Of a DNA stretch of 64,000 bases, positions 12,201-27,200 are shown in pieces. A model generated the notes under the pieces. It searched no databases, was not told the origin of the DNA, and was given only the letters and a program-made list of their open reading frames with translations. The stretch comes from Aplysia californica (lineage: Eukaryota), in NCBI RefSeq assembly GCF_000002075.1, contig NW_004797730.1, forward strand, positions 421,145 through 485,144, given 5' to 3'. The translations under genes and the position numbers were made by a program. Numbering within the stretch: position 1 is the stretch's first letter; the number at the start of each line of letters is the position of its first letter.

Positions 12201-15200
12201 ACGTAACAGATATATATATATATATATATGAGATTGGTTACCTTATGAAGCAAACATTTTCCTATGTTTTAAAGAAGAAAATGTTTCCTGAGACTCTGTT
12301 GACCTGGCTCTCACTGAGGACACTTCGGGGAGTGCTGGTAACTAACTAAGAGACCTCCTTTGTGAGCCCCTTCTCTCCATATATTTACTATGTAAGCTCT
12401 TCCCTTTGTTTTATTCCTAGTTGCTCCTGAGGAAGTATTCAAGGCAAAAGGTCGAGCCATTTAAGTGAAATAGAAACAAATAGTTTACTCGAAACTGACT
12501 GAACATTATAGACATTTTTCTTTTCCTACCCTATTTTTTCGACAAATTATGACGATGATGATGATGTCTGGTTGTTTTTTCAATAACGCTCTTGATGAAC
12601 CCCACATGTGTGAAACATTGAACAATATTTGAAACATTTTCTAAACTATGTGTGAGGCAGCGTGGTGGAATCAGGCTCTAGTCAAAATAATCAAGGTGAA
12701 GAAAATTGCATTTTTCTGCAGGTTTGTGAATTTTTATCAAATTTTGATTTTTTGGCTCAACACCTTTCATGCCCATTGAAGAACTCATTTCTGTATGAAT
12801 TTTCAGAAAAACGTTGATTAAAGGCATAAAAAATGTAAATTTTCAGTTACCACGTACTCTTAAGCTAAAGAAATAACTAATCTGTGGCAGGCATTTTCTC
12901 ACTAATTTTAGCTCTGAAAACAGGTGACCCCCACCTCCTTCTTTCGTAAATATCTCTACTTGTATTCAAGATAAATCGATATTTTTTTTCATCCAAATAA
13001 AGACAAGTGAACAAGCTTTAAGATGGTACCAATAACTCTATAAGCCCAAAAATTGATGAGAGCCTGATTCCACCACGCTGCCTTACATATTTCAAGTCTC
13101 CGTATATTTTTTCTACTGTGCAAATGAATGATGATGGTGATGATGATCCTATTGATGAAAACGATGATGATGGTAAAAAGTTTGTTGTGGAGTCCTTTAA
13201 CAGCACTTTGACCTGTAACGCCTTAGTTGAATTTGTGCAGGTATCGGGTGAACAACATCAAGGTCACTACACACCCATCCTACCCTCCACGGGCAGTGCT
13301 CTTGTGCCGAGACTCCAGCGTGCGGATAATATGTCCGACCAATGGCGAAGTTCTCACCACTCTACTTTTGCAGCCATCTGATGGTCTCATTGATGCTGCT
13401 TATGCTGTTGCTGAGAGTGAGAAGATTTTCTGTTTGTTTTTAAAACCTATTTTCGTTCTCAGTGAACAATGATGTAGGATTCAATTAAAATGCACAGCCA
13501 AACTCTCTTTTTATGGGGAAAAGTTGACTTTCTATTTCTTTTGGGAGAAGAAAATTTGGAGACACTTACACATTCGCACACATGCATTTACATACACGCT
13601 CTCAGACATTTGCATTTATATAGTGCTCTCATACTCGTGTATTTAGACACAGGCTCTTAAAAACACAAACATAGACAGACATCTAAACCTTCAACGCTCA
13701 TATTTTTTTACACACGTATACACACATGTGCACTTAATAGCTGAATGTGGTATTCTTCTCTGCTCTTTGTTTACTTCTAAATGTCAGTGGGTTAAGATGC
13801 TTTTTACTTTTAGAACTCTATATGATTACTTTCGTTACTGTCATGAATAACGCATTGAAAGACCCTCTCGTTCATTTTTTTGCCTGACTTTCATCAAAGT
13901 CCTGCCATGTGTTAAGGAGTCAATGGTGAGCATAATTTTATAGTATCTTCTTCACTGCATTTTGTATTTACTGGGTTTTTTTTTCGAGTAAATCTCACCA
14001 GTGCTTTTTTTCAAATGGTCACAATGTCGATCATGGTCACGTTCACAGTGATTATAGTGTCTAAGGAATATAACATGATTGTAAGGGATTGGAAATTATT
14101 CAAAATTTTACACACTCATAAACACAGTTTAGTTCATTTAGAAGATAGTCTGCTTCAACTCTGCTTTTCAGGGCCAACCTGAGCTCTCTGGCAGAAATAC
14201 AAATGTATGAACTCACCAAATTAACTCTTTGCCTGTGCTATGGGTGTGCCTGGTTCTTTTAGAACCTTCCTTATTTCAAGTACTTCAGTTTCTTGAAAAA
14301 GCAGGTTGAAAAACTTTTTGTTCTCTGTGTCTGAGCTGTTATAGAGGAACACAAAAGAAGAAGAAGAAGAAGAAGAAGAAGAAGAAGAAGAAGAAGAAGA
14401 AGAAGAAAAAAAAATAGAAGATAAAGAATCAAGTCAATGGTACTTTTCCATACTTGTGTACAACTTATTAACATATAGACCAAAAGTATGCCTAGGACCA
14501 AGTTGAACATCTTTCATTCTTGCATCTATACCTTTTTTTATTTCGGTTCATTTTGGCATCCTATGAAAACTTTCGTATCAGTAGCACAAATTTTTTCAAC
14601 TGTTGTTAACATGTGTTTGAACCCTATCCGTGCGTCGTGTTTTACTATTGTATCCATACAATATGGGGGAACTCTGTGCCTCCCCTTTCAAAGAAAAAAT
14701 TTACTCATCAACCTGATCCGTACGCTTGGCATAGTAGTCTGTCAAAATGATTTTTTGAGAAATACTACAAATTTCAAAGAGATCTTCGTACTACAAGTAT
14801 TCTGAAAAATACAACCCCGGGGGTACAAAATGACCCCACGGCGTATGGATAGGGTTAATAATTTTTTGTGTACTTTCCGATGGCATTGCCTCTTTTCAAA
14901 ACTGATTGAACTTGTCATTGCTCAGTTTGACTTATTACAAGGTGAAGAACGACAATCTTAATAAGGGTTGGACTTCCAGCGCATTTGTAGATGAATGATT
15001 GCTTTTTTTAGGGTCTTCTATCCCCCTTTCCTCTTTGGCGAGTCATTGTAAATGTAGAATGATCAAATATTTTGTTTCAATGCATTTTGTTTTGCATTTT
15101 GTTTTTGCTTATTCTTATTTATGTGTCTTATTCCTTTGGAGGGAAGAGATCGATATGTGTGCTTGTATAGTCACTGCCTTCACAATTTATTGAGACAGCC

Positions 15201-18200
15201 TCACGCTATTATTTTTCAGACACCATGTTCACTGTGCTAGGTAGTGGAGACATCATAAAATGCATGACAGACCAGAATCCTTGCAACATTACAGCCAGAT
15301 GGGCTTGCAATAACCCAAGAGGTATTAAGAACGCCTTTCAGGATCTGAGGAGAATTCTGTCTCTGTTTTATTGTTCTGTCCTTCTCCTCATGCCCCAGTG
15401 GGACAAAGACAGAAAATCCAGATTTATTAATGCTAAAGTGTTCCTTCCATGGTTTTTATTTGTCTGACATGGTCATCATACTGTTGTATTATTGTTTTTT
15501 TACCACCACCATCTTAAATGCCATTTCTTTATTGCCATCAGTAGCATCACCAAAACTTTTTTTTTATTTTACAGACCAACTTTTGCACTCTCTCTTTACA
15601 AATCTATACCATTTTCTGCATCATCAGATTTCCTTGAACAATCATCTGGCATGTTCCTCAATAGATTCTTTGACATTCTCTTCTAGAGAAACAAATTCAA
15701 TCTTTGCCTACCTCCCTCCCCTCATTTCCATCCTCTTCTCCTACCTATTTTTTTCTTCTTATAGGACAATTCATTCTCAACATCACTCTCTGTATCTCTA
15801 CTAGTTCTTTATATAACTTTTCCTGCTCTATTCCCTTTCCCCCACACAGACCCATTTCAAATCTCATTATTCCATTCTATATAATCATTTTCATAAATAT
15901 ATTTCTCATTTAGAGCTTCCATACTGCCCATATAGGGTTTTCAATACAGAATAGGTCAACTTTGGATAATCTTTTTACACTCTCTTTATCTTACCTCCAG
16001 AACTTATTTAAACAAATTTTGCATGCATATTTATGTATCCAGCCCTACTGTTACCAACAGTACTGTGTGACACTAGCATGTGTGGTGGTGTGATTTGTTC
16101 ACTGCACTGGTGTGATCATCATGGTCCACACATTGTGGGTTGAGGTTGAGATCCCGTTCACACATGATTCTATAGCACTGTATTGAGGCCAGTGTGTTTT
16201 CCGTTGATTGAAGGGAGAAATGGAAGAAATGCATTCCAAAAACAAATGCTGTTTCTCTTCTGCCAAAATATGTTTTCACCCCTAAATAAAAAAAGTGAAA
16301 AGAAAATAACAGAAGAAGTTATGGAAAAGGAATTCACATTTAAATTACTTTAGCTGTTTAGAGTGGTAGATTTGATTTAATTTTTTTTTTAAAGCATAAT
16401 GAACAAAATTGTTCAATTCAGTAGAACGTACCCATGTTAGAACAAAAATAGTCATTTTAAAAAGTTTCTGCATTGGCCGTAAAGAAAATGACAGCTATGT
16501 GGTAATATTAAAAGCAAACCATTTCCTTGGTTTGTTGTGCTTGTGCTTGGTTTGATTGAAATACATTTTCTCCCTCTTGAGGCCAGCAGCTCTAATCTGG
16601 AAGAATCCATATCTTATTTCCCATTTATAGTCTGCTTACTCTGAGTTGAAAATCTCTGACCACAGCTTTAAGAAAGAGCAACTCCCTCAAATGGAATCTT
16701 TGCATTTATTCTAATGACAAAACAGTCACAAAGATACAAAGAAACACTCCATTGATCCATTTATGGACTTGTTCAATAGACACACTGGCACTCAGATACA
16801 TCTCAGAATAATTGCATGTGTGAGGGGCAATGGTGCACTATTGGGACAGTTGCGCTTTTTTTTGCGGTGATCATATGGTTGGAGGTGTATATATATGTAT
16901 CCATATACATGATATATATTATGCTCCTAGTGTGTCTCATCAAACACTATGCATGTACTGTTTGCACAATCAAATATGATACGTAATGGGTATCAGCAAT
17001 TTTTGGACTCTCACTGGATGGAATAGTTTGCCTTGTTGCTTTTGAAAGTTTCAGTTTACTAATACTAATACATCTTCATCTACTTAACGCCTACTTCTAG
17101 ACATCTGTCAGCTTTTGTAATTAACCATACCCTTTTTGCTTGAACTAACACTGCTGGTAGCATACATTGTGTTTGCTTTAACTCAGTTTAGATACTTCAG
17201 ATGTCAGGGTACAAGTATCTGAAGTGACCAAAAGCATCAGTCTCTCAAGTCTAGTCCTTATTTTGCTGAACAATGAAAAAGAACTTTCTAATCCTCTCAG
17301 GATAGTCGACACTATTGTGTAAAGTTTGACCTTTTGTTATTTGAATTTTACTACTTTTTGACCATTGAAAGGCTCTTTGTTGATTTTATTAAATGAATTG
17401 TTAAGGCGATTTTCAAAACGAAGTTTATTTTGAAAAAAAAAATGGCTGTCCCACAAAACTGTTCATATCAAACAAGTGATGAAGAGGACCTGTAAGAGAA
17501 TTCTGACAAGAAAATGGACATTATTGTGTCTAATAAATATTTTAGAAGTTAGTGAGATGAAATGATGTTAGTTGGTTAAAAAGTTCTATGAAGTCTTTTG
17601 CAGTGATTTTCTGACAGTAAACAAAAATAACTGCTGTGATCTCAACCGTAAAACATATATTTCTTGACAGTGTTTGTGTCAGCTTCACAGATAAAGAACA
17701 CGGAATAGGAAAATATAATGGGTATAAAAATGCTAAAAAGCTTCCCAAGTTGAAAAATATTGTCAATCCTAAGATCAAGGCCTGTGTATTGATTGAGCCT
17801 ATTTACTCATAACTTTTTTTGTCACAAATGTAGCCCGCATAGCCACTTATTTTGGAAAATAATCTTGGCATTTTCTTCTTCTTTAAGGTCTGTGTTTCTC
17901 CTACATTTATGTGTGTCACAACACAGTGGAATCAGGTGCTCATCTATTTTTGGGCATGTGGAGTTTTTGGTATCATCTTAAAGCTTGCTTAGTTGTCTTA
18001 CTTTCTAGGAAAAAAAAATCAGTGTGTCTTTAATAAAAGTCGAAATATTTCCAACTGAAAGAGGAGGAGGTCGTCAGGTTTCAGGGGTACAATTTGTGAA
18101 AAAATGGCTGCCAGTTTGACAACTTCCATGGCTTGAGAGTCCTTGGAAACTGCACTTTAAAGTTTGTGTGCCTTTAATCAATGTTTGTCAGTAACATCTA

Positions 18201-21200
18201 CGCTGAAATTTATTTTTAAATGGACATAAATTTGTGCCCAATAACAAAAATTTGATAAAAATTGCCGAACCAGCAGAAAAATGACAAATGTTCCATTTCG
18301 TTATTTTGATGAGTGCCTAATTTCACCATAATGCCTCACATATTGATTTTTATCTTTCATAGATGAACTTTATTTTATTCTTTCAAGGGATTGATAGGAA
18401 ATCTGGCAGTAATAGTAGTTTGTGTGTTGTTCATCATCATCATCCAGTGCCAGATCTGCGACAGACATCGGCGATCATGATTTTTCATTCATTCCTTTGC
18501 TCGGATGCTCTCAGAAAACCTACGTTTCCCTGATCTTTCCCTGTTACCCATTTGTTTAGGTTCCCTAAGTATGTTGTTCTGGGCCTACCCCTGCCTCGCT
18601 TACCCTCAATTTTGCCAGTGAGAGCTAGATGTTCAAGACCCTTATGTCTATTCAGGTGTCCCAAAAACTGCATTTGTCGTTTCCTGATTGTTTTTAACAT
18701 TGAGCGTCCCATGTGGGCTTCATCAAGCACTACCTCATTTGATTTCTTTTCCTTCCAAGATACTCTTCGCAGTCTCCTAAGAAACCACATTTCTGTGTGT
18801 TGTTACGTCACAAATATTCTCATTGGATAATAATAATGTCTCTCCATACAATTCTCAAGTGATCATTTTTTGGCCTTGCGGGGTGAGATAATCTGTTTTG
18901 AACGCTAAAGCTTACAGCTGAAATATGAGTGAACTTCTGAACTTTTCGTCAAAATGCATACTTTACCAAAGTCCATTGAGATTTGGGGGAGGGGATAGGG
19001 GAAAATATGTTTTGATGTTGTCAGTAGCTCCAAAATAAGCCTCAAATATTACTTTCCATTTTCTTTTTTTTTTTACAGACCAACTTTTGCACTCTCTCTT
19101 CACAAATCTATACCATTTTCTGCATCATCAGATTTACTTGAACAATCATCTAGCATGTTCCCAATAGATTCTTTGACATTCTCGTCTAGAGAAACAAATT
19201 CAGACTGTGCCTACCTCCCTTCCCTCATTTCATCCTCTTTTTCTGCAGTATCCCCTTTTTTTTTTCTCTTCCACTTTCTTGTGTTGTAGAAAGTAACACA
19301 AACCTCCAAAATACTGTTTCACCTCAGTTCAGAGGAAAACCTTGGACATTTTTTTTTGCCGATGCTTATTTCCTTATAGCCTTTCTTGGACTCTATTTCA
19401 TTGTTTTCCTTTTCCTTTTCATCTAGTGTTTGTGTGTGCATTTTTGTTCAGTCCGTTCAGGCATAATTTTTTTGCTTGTTTAAAAAAAAAAGAAAATAAC
19501 AGCCATTGAGAATAAGAAAATGTTGAACAGTGGTTTTCTCTCTTGTTACAGCTCTCATGTTTATTTTACTCATTTTCCCCGCTATTACAGGGTAGATGAA
19601 TGCAGAAAATATTAATGAAGAATTTAAAGAATTGAACAGAAATAGTAGAAAACATATTCTTAAATTTATATTTGAATCTGATTTTAATAGCTTTCTTATG
19701 ATCAATTGGTGCCTTTATATTTACACAAGTAGATGCTGGAGAACAAATGTACTAACTTATATTTTATCTTTAATACAAAACCTCTGCTTCAACGAAATCT
19801 CAACCTGGCTGAACTTTTTTACATGTCATTTTCATTTCTGACTCTTTTTGTTTCCTTATGATTTGATCTAGATCTATTTGTGAGGCAGCGTGATGGAATC
19901 AGGCTCTCGTCAATTTTTGGGCATATTGAGTTATTGGTTTCACCTTAAAGCCTGTTCATTTGTCTTGCTTTTAATGAAAAAATTACCCATCCATCTTCAA
20001 CAGAAGTGGAGATATTTTGGATTGTAGGAGGTGGGGGTCACCTGATTTAAGAGGAAATATTAGCGAAAAAATGGCCGCCAAAGCTTGGTAAATAACAAAG
20101 CTGGAGAGTCCTTGGAAACTGTAAATTTATATTTTTGTGCCTTTAATCAACGTTTTCGGTGAAATCCTCAAAGGAATGTGTTTGTAAATGGGCATAAAAG
20201 GTGCTGAGCCAAAAAAAAAAAAATTTGATAAAAATTGCTAAGCAGGGAGAACACTGCTGTTTTCTTCGATTTCATTATTTTGACGAGAGCCTGATTCCAC
20301 CACGCTGCCTCACATTTGATGTTCTCTGCTATAATAACATTTTTAAAAAATTATTCTGCTTTGTGTGTACTTTGAGTAGACAGAGTGTGATGGTCCAAAT
20401 CTCATAGTGAATCCAATAAGATTTACGCATGCTCCAACAATGAAGTTGGCGCTGTTTGATACAAAATTTATATTGTATCTCGAAAAACTAGAAAAGAGCA
20501 GATAAAGGAGTTGAAAATTGGCTTGATATGTGATACAGTGCAAACATAGCATTACTACATAACATGACATCACCGCAGAGATGTGCAACTATCTCCTGGT
20601 GTATGAGTACGTGGTGGATCCCACCGCATCCAACGATATTTGGGCCATGATGAAGCGCACAGTGCAGACTCGCTCCATCCAAGCTGTAGGGAGTCAGAGC
20701 TCCAACAAGAACCGAACCCTGCTGCTGGGTGGCCGTAAAGACGGCTACATCTGTGTCTTTGACTGGCACACTGGAGAGGTCACCTTCAAAGCTGATGTGA
20801 GTTTACTTCAAGTGTGATGTACATTTTTTTTTGTGTCTTAAGTTTATTTTCTTCTCTTGGCTAGTATATTACACACATTATGTAACAAACATATTTTCAT
20901 AATGGCCAAAGTTTCTTTTATTTATACTGAATTATATTGTAAAAGAATCATTTAATTTGACCAGTCTTTTGTAGCATGGTAGAGGACAAACATGATCAGC
21001 TGTTCAAGGTTTGATTCCAATTTGGTCCTGAATGATTTTTCTCCCTTTTTCTGGAATATTTCTTTTCGGCCCAGTGTTTTTAAACGTGGGTGCTTTGTTT
21101 TGATTGTGGCCCAAATGTGATTGATATTGTGGCAGCTTGACATCAAGTTCTATTCAACGCAACTCATGTCTGTAATATACTGACACTGATTCCTTTATGC

Positions 21201-24200
21201 TCTTTAATCACACAAGGCTCACGGAAGTAAAGGTGTGCTGAACATGATAGCCAACTCCAAGTCCGATCAGTTGATCTCTGCAGGAATGGGTACGCAATTT
21301 TTGTCTTGGTTACGTCCATATTTCATGAAATGTTAACTTCCATATGTCTTTTCCTGGGAGCTAAATATGCTTGCTGACTACTCAGTACTCTGTATAAGAC
21401 TTTTTTTTTTTTGGTAAGTGTTTTATGGCGCTCACAACTGCATAAGGTCATATGAGCATGCGGGACATACCTAATATTTTCAATTGGTAGGAAATTTTGG
21501 CGGGTGGCAGTCGAAGCCTACGCTTATTGATTTTAGACCACCAATGGATCTTTAATGTGCGCAACTTGCACACGGGACCTCGGAGATTTTTCACCCTTGT
21601 CCGAGAAGGCTAGGTGTAGATCTTTCCTACCAGAAGATCAGGGGTGTGGCTGAAAGACAGCGAGGAGTAGCAGCAGTAAAGCTGCAGAAAGAGTCAGGAG
21701 CCCAGAGGAGGGGGCAGAGGAGGTGAGGGGGTGGAGGCAGATGTATAAGACTCTGTTACACGCCACTTTTCAAAAAAGTGTATGGCTGAGTCTTTCACTA
21801 AGAAGTCTATTTATAGTCCTTATTTAATCCTTTTGAGGCCTCTTAGCATCTTCCCTGTATATCCCTTATCTCTTTTTTGTTTTATTACTCTCTTGTAACA
21901 CCTGTAATATTCAGCACTTATATAGCCATATTGTGTTGAAAGTGCAGTAAAACTTTTACCAAAACATTATTACTCATGGCAACCATGGAACAAGTGTCAA
22001 ATTTTTTTTATGCCTTTTATGAAACAATAAAGGGCATTATTGCTAATTGCAGGATAAATGACATCCAAAAAGGACTTTGTATGGTATGATGTGGTATGTA
22101 TTTAAAACCACACTATAAGTTATTTGAGAGGCGAGACTTTCAATTTACCACCTTCTGTCTCTGTTACGACTTACCCAAGTGAGTGAACAGCAATGACAAC
22201 AACTCCCCAAACATGTTTAGTTTAAGAGCATCCTGGTATAGATCTGTACCAGGGTTGTTCACATTCTCAACTCCCCGTTTGAGTAGCCACTTTATCTTCT
22301 GAACAAATATGTGACTCTTTTTCTTTCTTTTTTTTTCGTCTTCAAGCAGCTTCTTTCATGACTAATTCTTCCTATGTTTGAAGCGCAGATTCTGTTACAG
22401 TGCTTGCATGTTAGTGTCGTAGATTGAAGCTCTGTATTTCCGCTGTTTTCCTTTCGTCGTTGGCGTTTCTCAGCCTGGTGGTTTCTAAGGCTGTTCTCTA
22501 GTATTTTAGTTCTTTCCTTTATAATATTCCTCCATGTTTTCCGGTCCTCAGCTATTTCTTCCCAGGTGTTAACATCTACTCCAAGCTTAGATAAGCTGTT
22601 TTTGCAGTACAAAGAGGCACTCTAAAAGCAGTTGAAGTTATTCAATTTTGATGCTTTTTAAATGAAAACCAGGACAAAACCTACTGGCTCATGAACATGA
22701 TTGTCCATTGGTCATACAATTACACTTTATAAAATGATACTAATTATTGAGGGTGCCGTGGCGGAGTGGTTAGTGCGCTCGTCTCCGTAGCGGAAAGTCC
22801 GGGTTCGAGCCTCGGTTCGGACATAGATTTTTTTCGCCCCCTCCTTCCCACCCAGCAGTAATGGGTACCTGGCTTTGAGTTGGGGAAGTAAAGGTGGTGT
22901 GGAAAGGAACTGGCCACCCTACCACAATATGCCGAAGGCCCAGGAAGTTGTCTCACTAACTAACAAGGCAATCCCCAATATCCGGATCGGATGCCGGAAC
23001 AACTTTACTTTTTACTAATTATTATGTGAAAATATGTTGGATCACAGACTGTGCTATAAGGGACTTCCCAATAAAAAATACAATCCTACCAGCCATACAG
23101 TGTTATCTTCCTTTTTGATATATCTATTGTCCCTGTTAACACTTTTCCATCAATTGGGTCTGAATAGGTTTTTCCCGATCTGTCAGTGATTTTTTAAAGT
23201 GATAAGCTATTTTGCCTTTTACCTTGTGACGTTGGCGCAATAATGTGCCGATTGCAATAATGTGCCAATTGCAATAATGCGCCAATTGATGGAAAAGTGT
23301 TAATGTACAGCCTGTTGCACTGGGGTTGTTTGCCATTATTGTATTTAATAAGACAAAAGTAAAAAACTCCGTTTCTAGATGAAGAAGGTTGATTTAATAA
23401 GAAATTGATATGAGGTCTGCCCTCTCTGGCTTCACTGACAAGACTAATTCATAATGAGCATGAGTACATGTGATTAAAACAGGAAGGAGGAGTGAGTAAA
23501 GATCACTTAGATCAGACAATCTTTGTTGTGAGGGTAGATAAAATAAAAGTACAATTACAGGGACATAATTCAACTTAATCATGTTAATATTGGGACCAAC
23601 AATCCATGATTTTTTGTTTCCCTTCTACATATTGATAAAAGCAATCTAATAGTCTAACACAGCCAATGTAATTGTATTGCTTAGTAGGTCAAGAGCATTA
23701 TCATTTTAATGTAACTTTTTCCTTCATAGACAACATCATCAAAGTATGGCGGCTGTACCCGTTTGCTCAAGAGGCGTTAGCTCCCCTCATGTCCTTCTAC
23801 TGTGCTCACACGCCGTCCTTTATGACCACCATCAAGTCCAGTTTGGGTGTGGCTTTCCAAGACCCAGGCACGGCAACTTTCAGCGTGGTGCTCTACAGCC
23901 TTCCTGAGAAAAGTAAGTACTAAAGTTGCTACAAAGATAACAAAAGTGTCATGTTCATGGTTATTTTGGTCATCATCACTGTCATTGTTTCTTTTAATTT
24001 ATTCTTATTGTATTGTAGCAGAAATAGATTATTTACAACCTTATTTTCCTCATTTCCTATCTTTTTTTAGTCCTTGGCAAAGTATAACCTTGGTTCAAGC
24101 TTCAGCGCTTCAGTTCATTTGTTCAAACTTTATACTCCTTAGTTTTCTTAGACAAGCTCGCCATAGAGTAATTGGCTATGAATAAATTGCATGCTAAAGA

Positions 24201-27200
24201 TACTTGGTAGTTTGTAGAATTCTTTCTGTCTGTATTTAGACATTGTTGTATCATAGATCTGTATTCCCTTCAAGGACAATGATAATAATATGCTACTTTA
24301 GGCTCTTTTCATTGCTACTTTTGCTTTCAAAATAGCTGCGTGATTGCTCCTTTGAAAGCAGGGCTCCCCATTACTTATGCTATGTGAAAGCTTATGCTTT
24401 AGAAATAAATAAAAATTTCAGCTGTAGGGATCAAGTTTATTTACTGTAAGTCATATTATCTGAGGCGGATTTCTATTCTTAAAGTAAAAAATCTTTACCT
24501 TTGAATTTGATAGCCTTGATGAAATAAAATTGTCTCGTTAGAACAATTAATACTAATGAGCAATAACATGAATGCAACCTTAGGTTCCCATTGTTTGTGT
24601 TATTGTCTTCTGGTATACCTATATATAGTTATGAAATCTTTGGTAATTCATATTTTGGCAGTAACCAAAGAACAAAGAGCTGGAAGTAAGGCGACTGCCA
24701 TATTATCAGTTTAACTTTTCCCCTGTGGCTTATAATATCTAGATCCATTTGGCTTCATCATATTGACTGAAAATTTGCTTGCAGCCTGAATATTCAGTTT
24801 ATGCTTGTGTTATAATATCAATATGATAATATTGTAATGTCTTGCTTCGTTTTTTATAATTGCTCTTAATATGTGCATGAACTTGAATTGTAGTTCTAAT
24901 GACTGAAAGCCTTATAAAATGTACCTTGTGCGTTTGCTTTCGCGTCTATGTCAATACTCTAGTTACAGATAGTTTTCAATCTCCCCCTTCTCCCAACCAC
25001 ACACAATAAAACGTACACACTCGAACAAGCACAATTTTGGTTCACGTAAAGTATGGAGAATTATTTTGCTATAATGTGGGCAGTTGTTGCATCTGTCTTG
25101 AAGTAACTACTGTCATGGGAATCCAGAAAATCCATGTCTGTTAAATAGCACTTTTTTTTTTTTTTTGGTCTTCTTCTTCTTCTTCTTAGTCTCAGTTTTC
25201 TTGGGGGGGTCATTGTGTGTTCTGTTGTCTGCTTTCATTTCCACTTTCTGCCCCCACCCCCTCACCTCCTTTGCCCCCTCCTCTGGGCTCCTGACTCTTT
25301 CTGCAGCCTTTCTACTGCTACTCCTTTGCTCCTCCTTACTGCTGTCTTTCTGTCACACCCCTGATCTTCTGGTAGGAAAGATCTACACCTAGCCTTCTCG
25401 AACAAGGGCGAAAAATCTCGGAGGGCCCGTGTGCAAGTTGCGCACGTTAAAGATCCCTTGGTGGTCTAAAATTGATAAGAGTAGGCTTCGGCCGCCACCC
25501 GGGCAAAATTCAAAATTTCCTACCAACTGAAAATATTAGAGTGTCCCGCGCGCTCATATGACCTTATGCAGTTGCGAGCGCCGTAAAACACTTTACAAAA
25601 ACAAACAAAAAAAACCAAGGTCATTGTGTGAGGCCAGTCTTTCATAAACTTGATAAATTTTCCCCTCCTTAATACGCATCCTCTTTCTGTTCTACCTTCT
25701 CCCCCCCCCCTCCCCCCTTCTTTTTCCGCCGCCCACAACCCAACCCCTATTTTTGTTGTTGCCCTTCAACAAATATTTCTTTTGTTTCGTAACTCGTTGA
25801 ATCAAAACCTATTTTTAATCTCATGTTATGCGTATTTACATCCTCTTTTTCTCCTCTCTCAACAAGCAGATACAAACAGACATACATAGAAACACAAACA
25901 AACAGACATCCATAGAAACACAAACAAACAGACATACATAGAAACACAAACAAACAGACATACATAGAAACACAAACAAACAGACATACATAGAAACACA
26001 AACAAACAGACATACATAGAAACACAAACAAACAGACATACATAGAAACACAAACATTTAGCTCTGAATACAATCCGCAAACTGACTAGAGTCTAGATGT
26101 GATTAACCTAAAGTGCAGGAAATGGTTTGCTCATGTGCTCATTACTTGCCGTGGTCTTATTTTACTGCATTTTGTGGGTGGTTGTTCATGGGTGCTCTGG
26201 TGTGGTTTGCTTCTTCTTTCCTATCAAACATCTATCATCCTTATCTCCCCTCCTTCTTTTCTATGTTTGTTACTCTCTTGTAACAGCTCTAATCTTCTGG
26301 CGCCCATATATGACCTTATGCAGTTGCGAGCGCTGTAAAACCTCTACTAAAACAAGTTACTGCTTTTCTGTTGAGCTTGTGCTTTAAAGATTTTCCTTAG
26401 CTGTCATTAAGGGAAACAGGGTTTGTGTGTGCCAACGTATGTTCCTGTGGGTGTTGTGTTGATTTCTCGGCTCTATAAAAACGAAGCACTGACCTTGTTA
26501 CTTTCATAGCCTTTGCCAGTGATAACCCTGGTTTAGAAGGCGGGTTCCATGGTGAGTACGCCTACTCTCTACAACTTTCACCTTGAAATCCTCACCAGAC
26601 ACAGTAAAAATCTGGGAGAAAAAAAAAGCAAAAAACTTTCGCACCCTCATTATGTTTATCTTATTTGTACTGTGTGCTGAAACTTTTGTTCTAATGAAAT
26701 GATTTCACCTATTTCGGACAAAAAAAAGATAATTTGGGCAAATTGTGTCTGCATTCTAAAAGTGCAGGCTTTCACCTGTAGTGTTTTACAATTTTTGTTT
26801 TGTGTGCTGTTTCCAACTTCATTCCTGCACTCTCTTGTTCAAGTAGTTTAACTGTCTGTGCTTTGAGAGTCAGAGTCAGAGTGGTTTGTCATATTAGTCT
26901 CAGTTTTCTTGAGCTCTTCACACTGAACCTTCTGTTCGAGCTGTGACTCATGGTTTGGTTGGATGTTTTATTCATTACATGATGTTCAGAAAACAAAAAA
27001 CAAAACAAAAACAAGCAAAAAAAAAACACCCAAAACCCAAACAATTGTTATCTGTTGGACAAAAGTGTTTTGAAATCGGCTACATATCTCAGATTTGTTT
27101 GATTTATGTATTATCTCATTTTCCTTTGCTTTGGTCACAAGTTACTGAACATGAAAGATAAAAACAAAAAGTCCTCTAAGTTGTTTGATTATGTGTTTGA

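Noticed and set aside
14172-14204. 33-nt exon candidate in intron 9
   Set aside because: Introduces an in-frame TGA and has a mediocre donor; no support.
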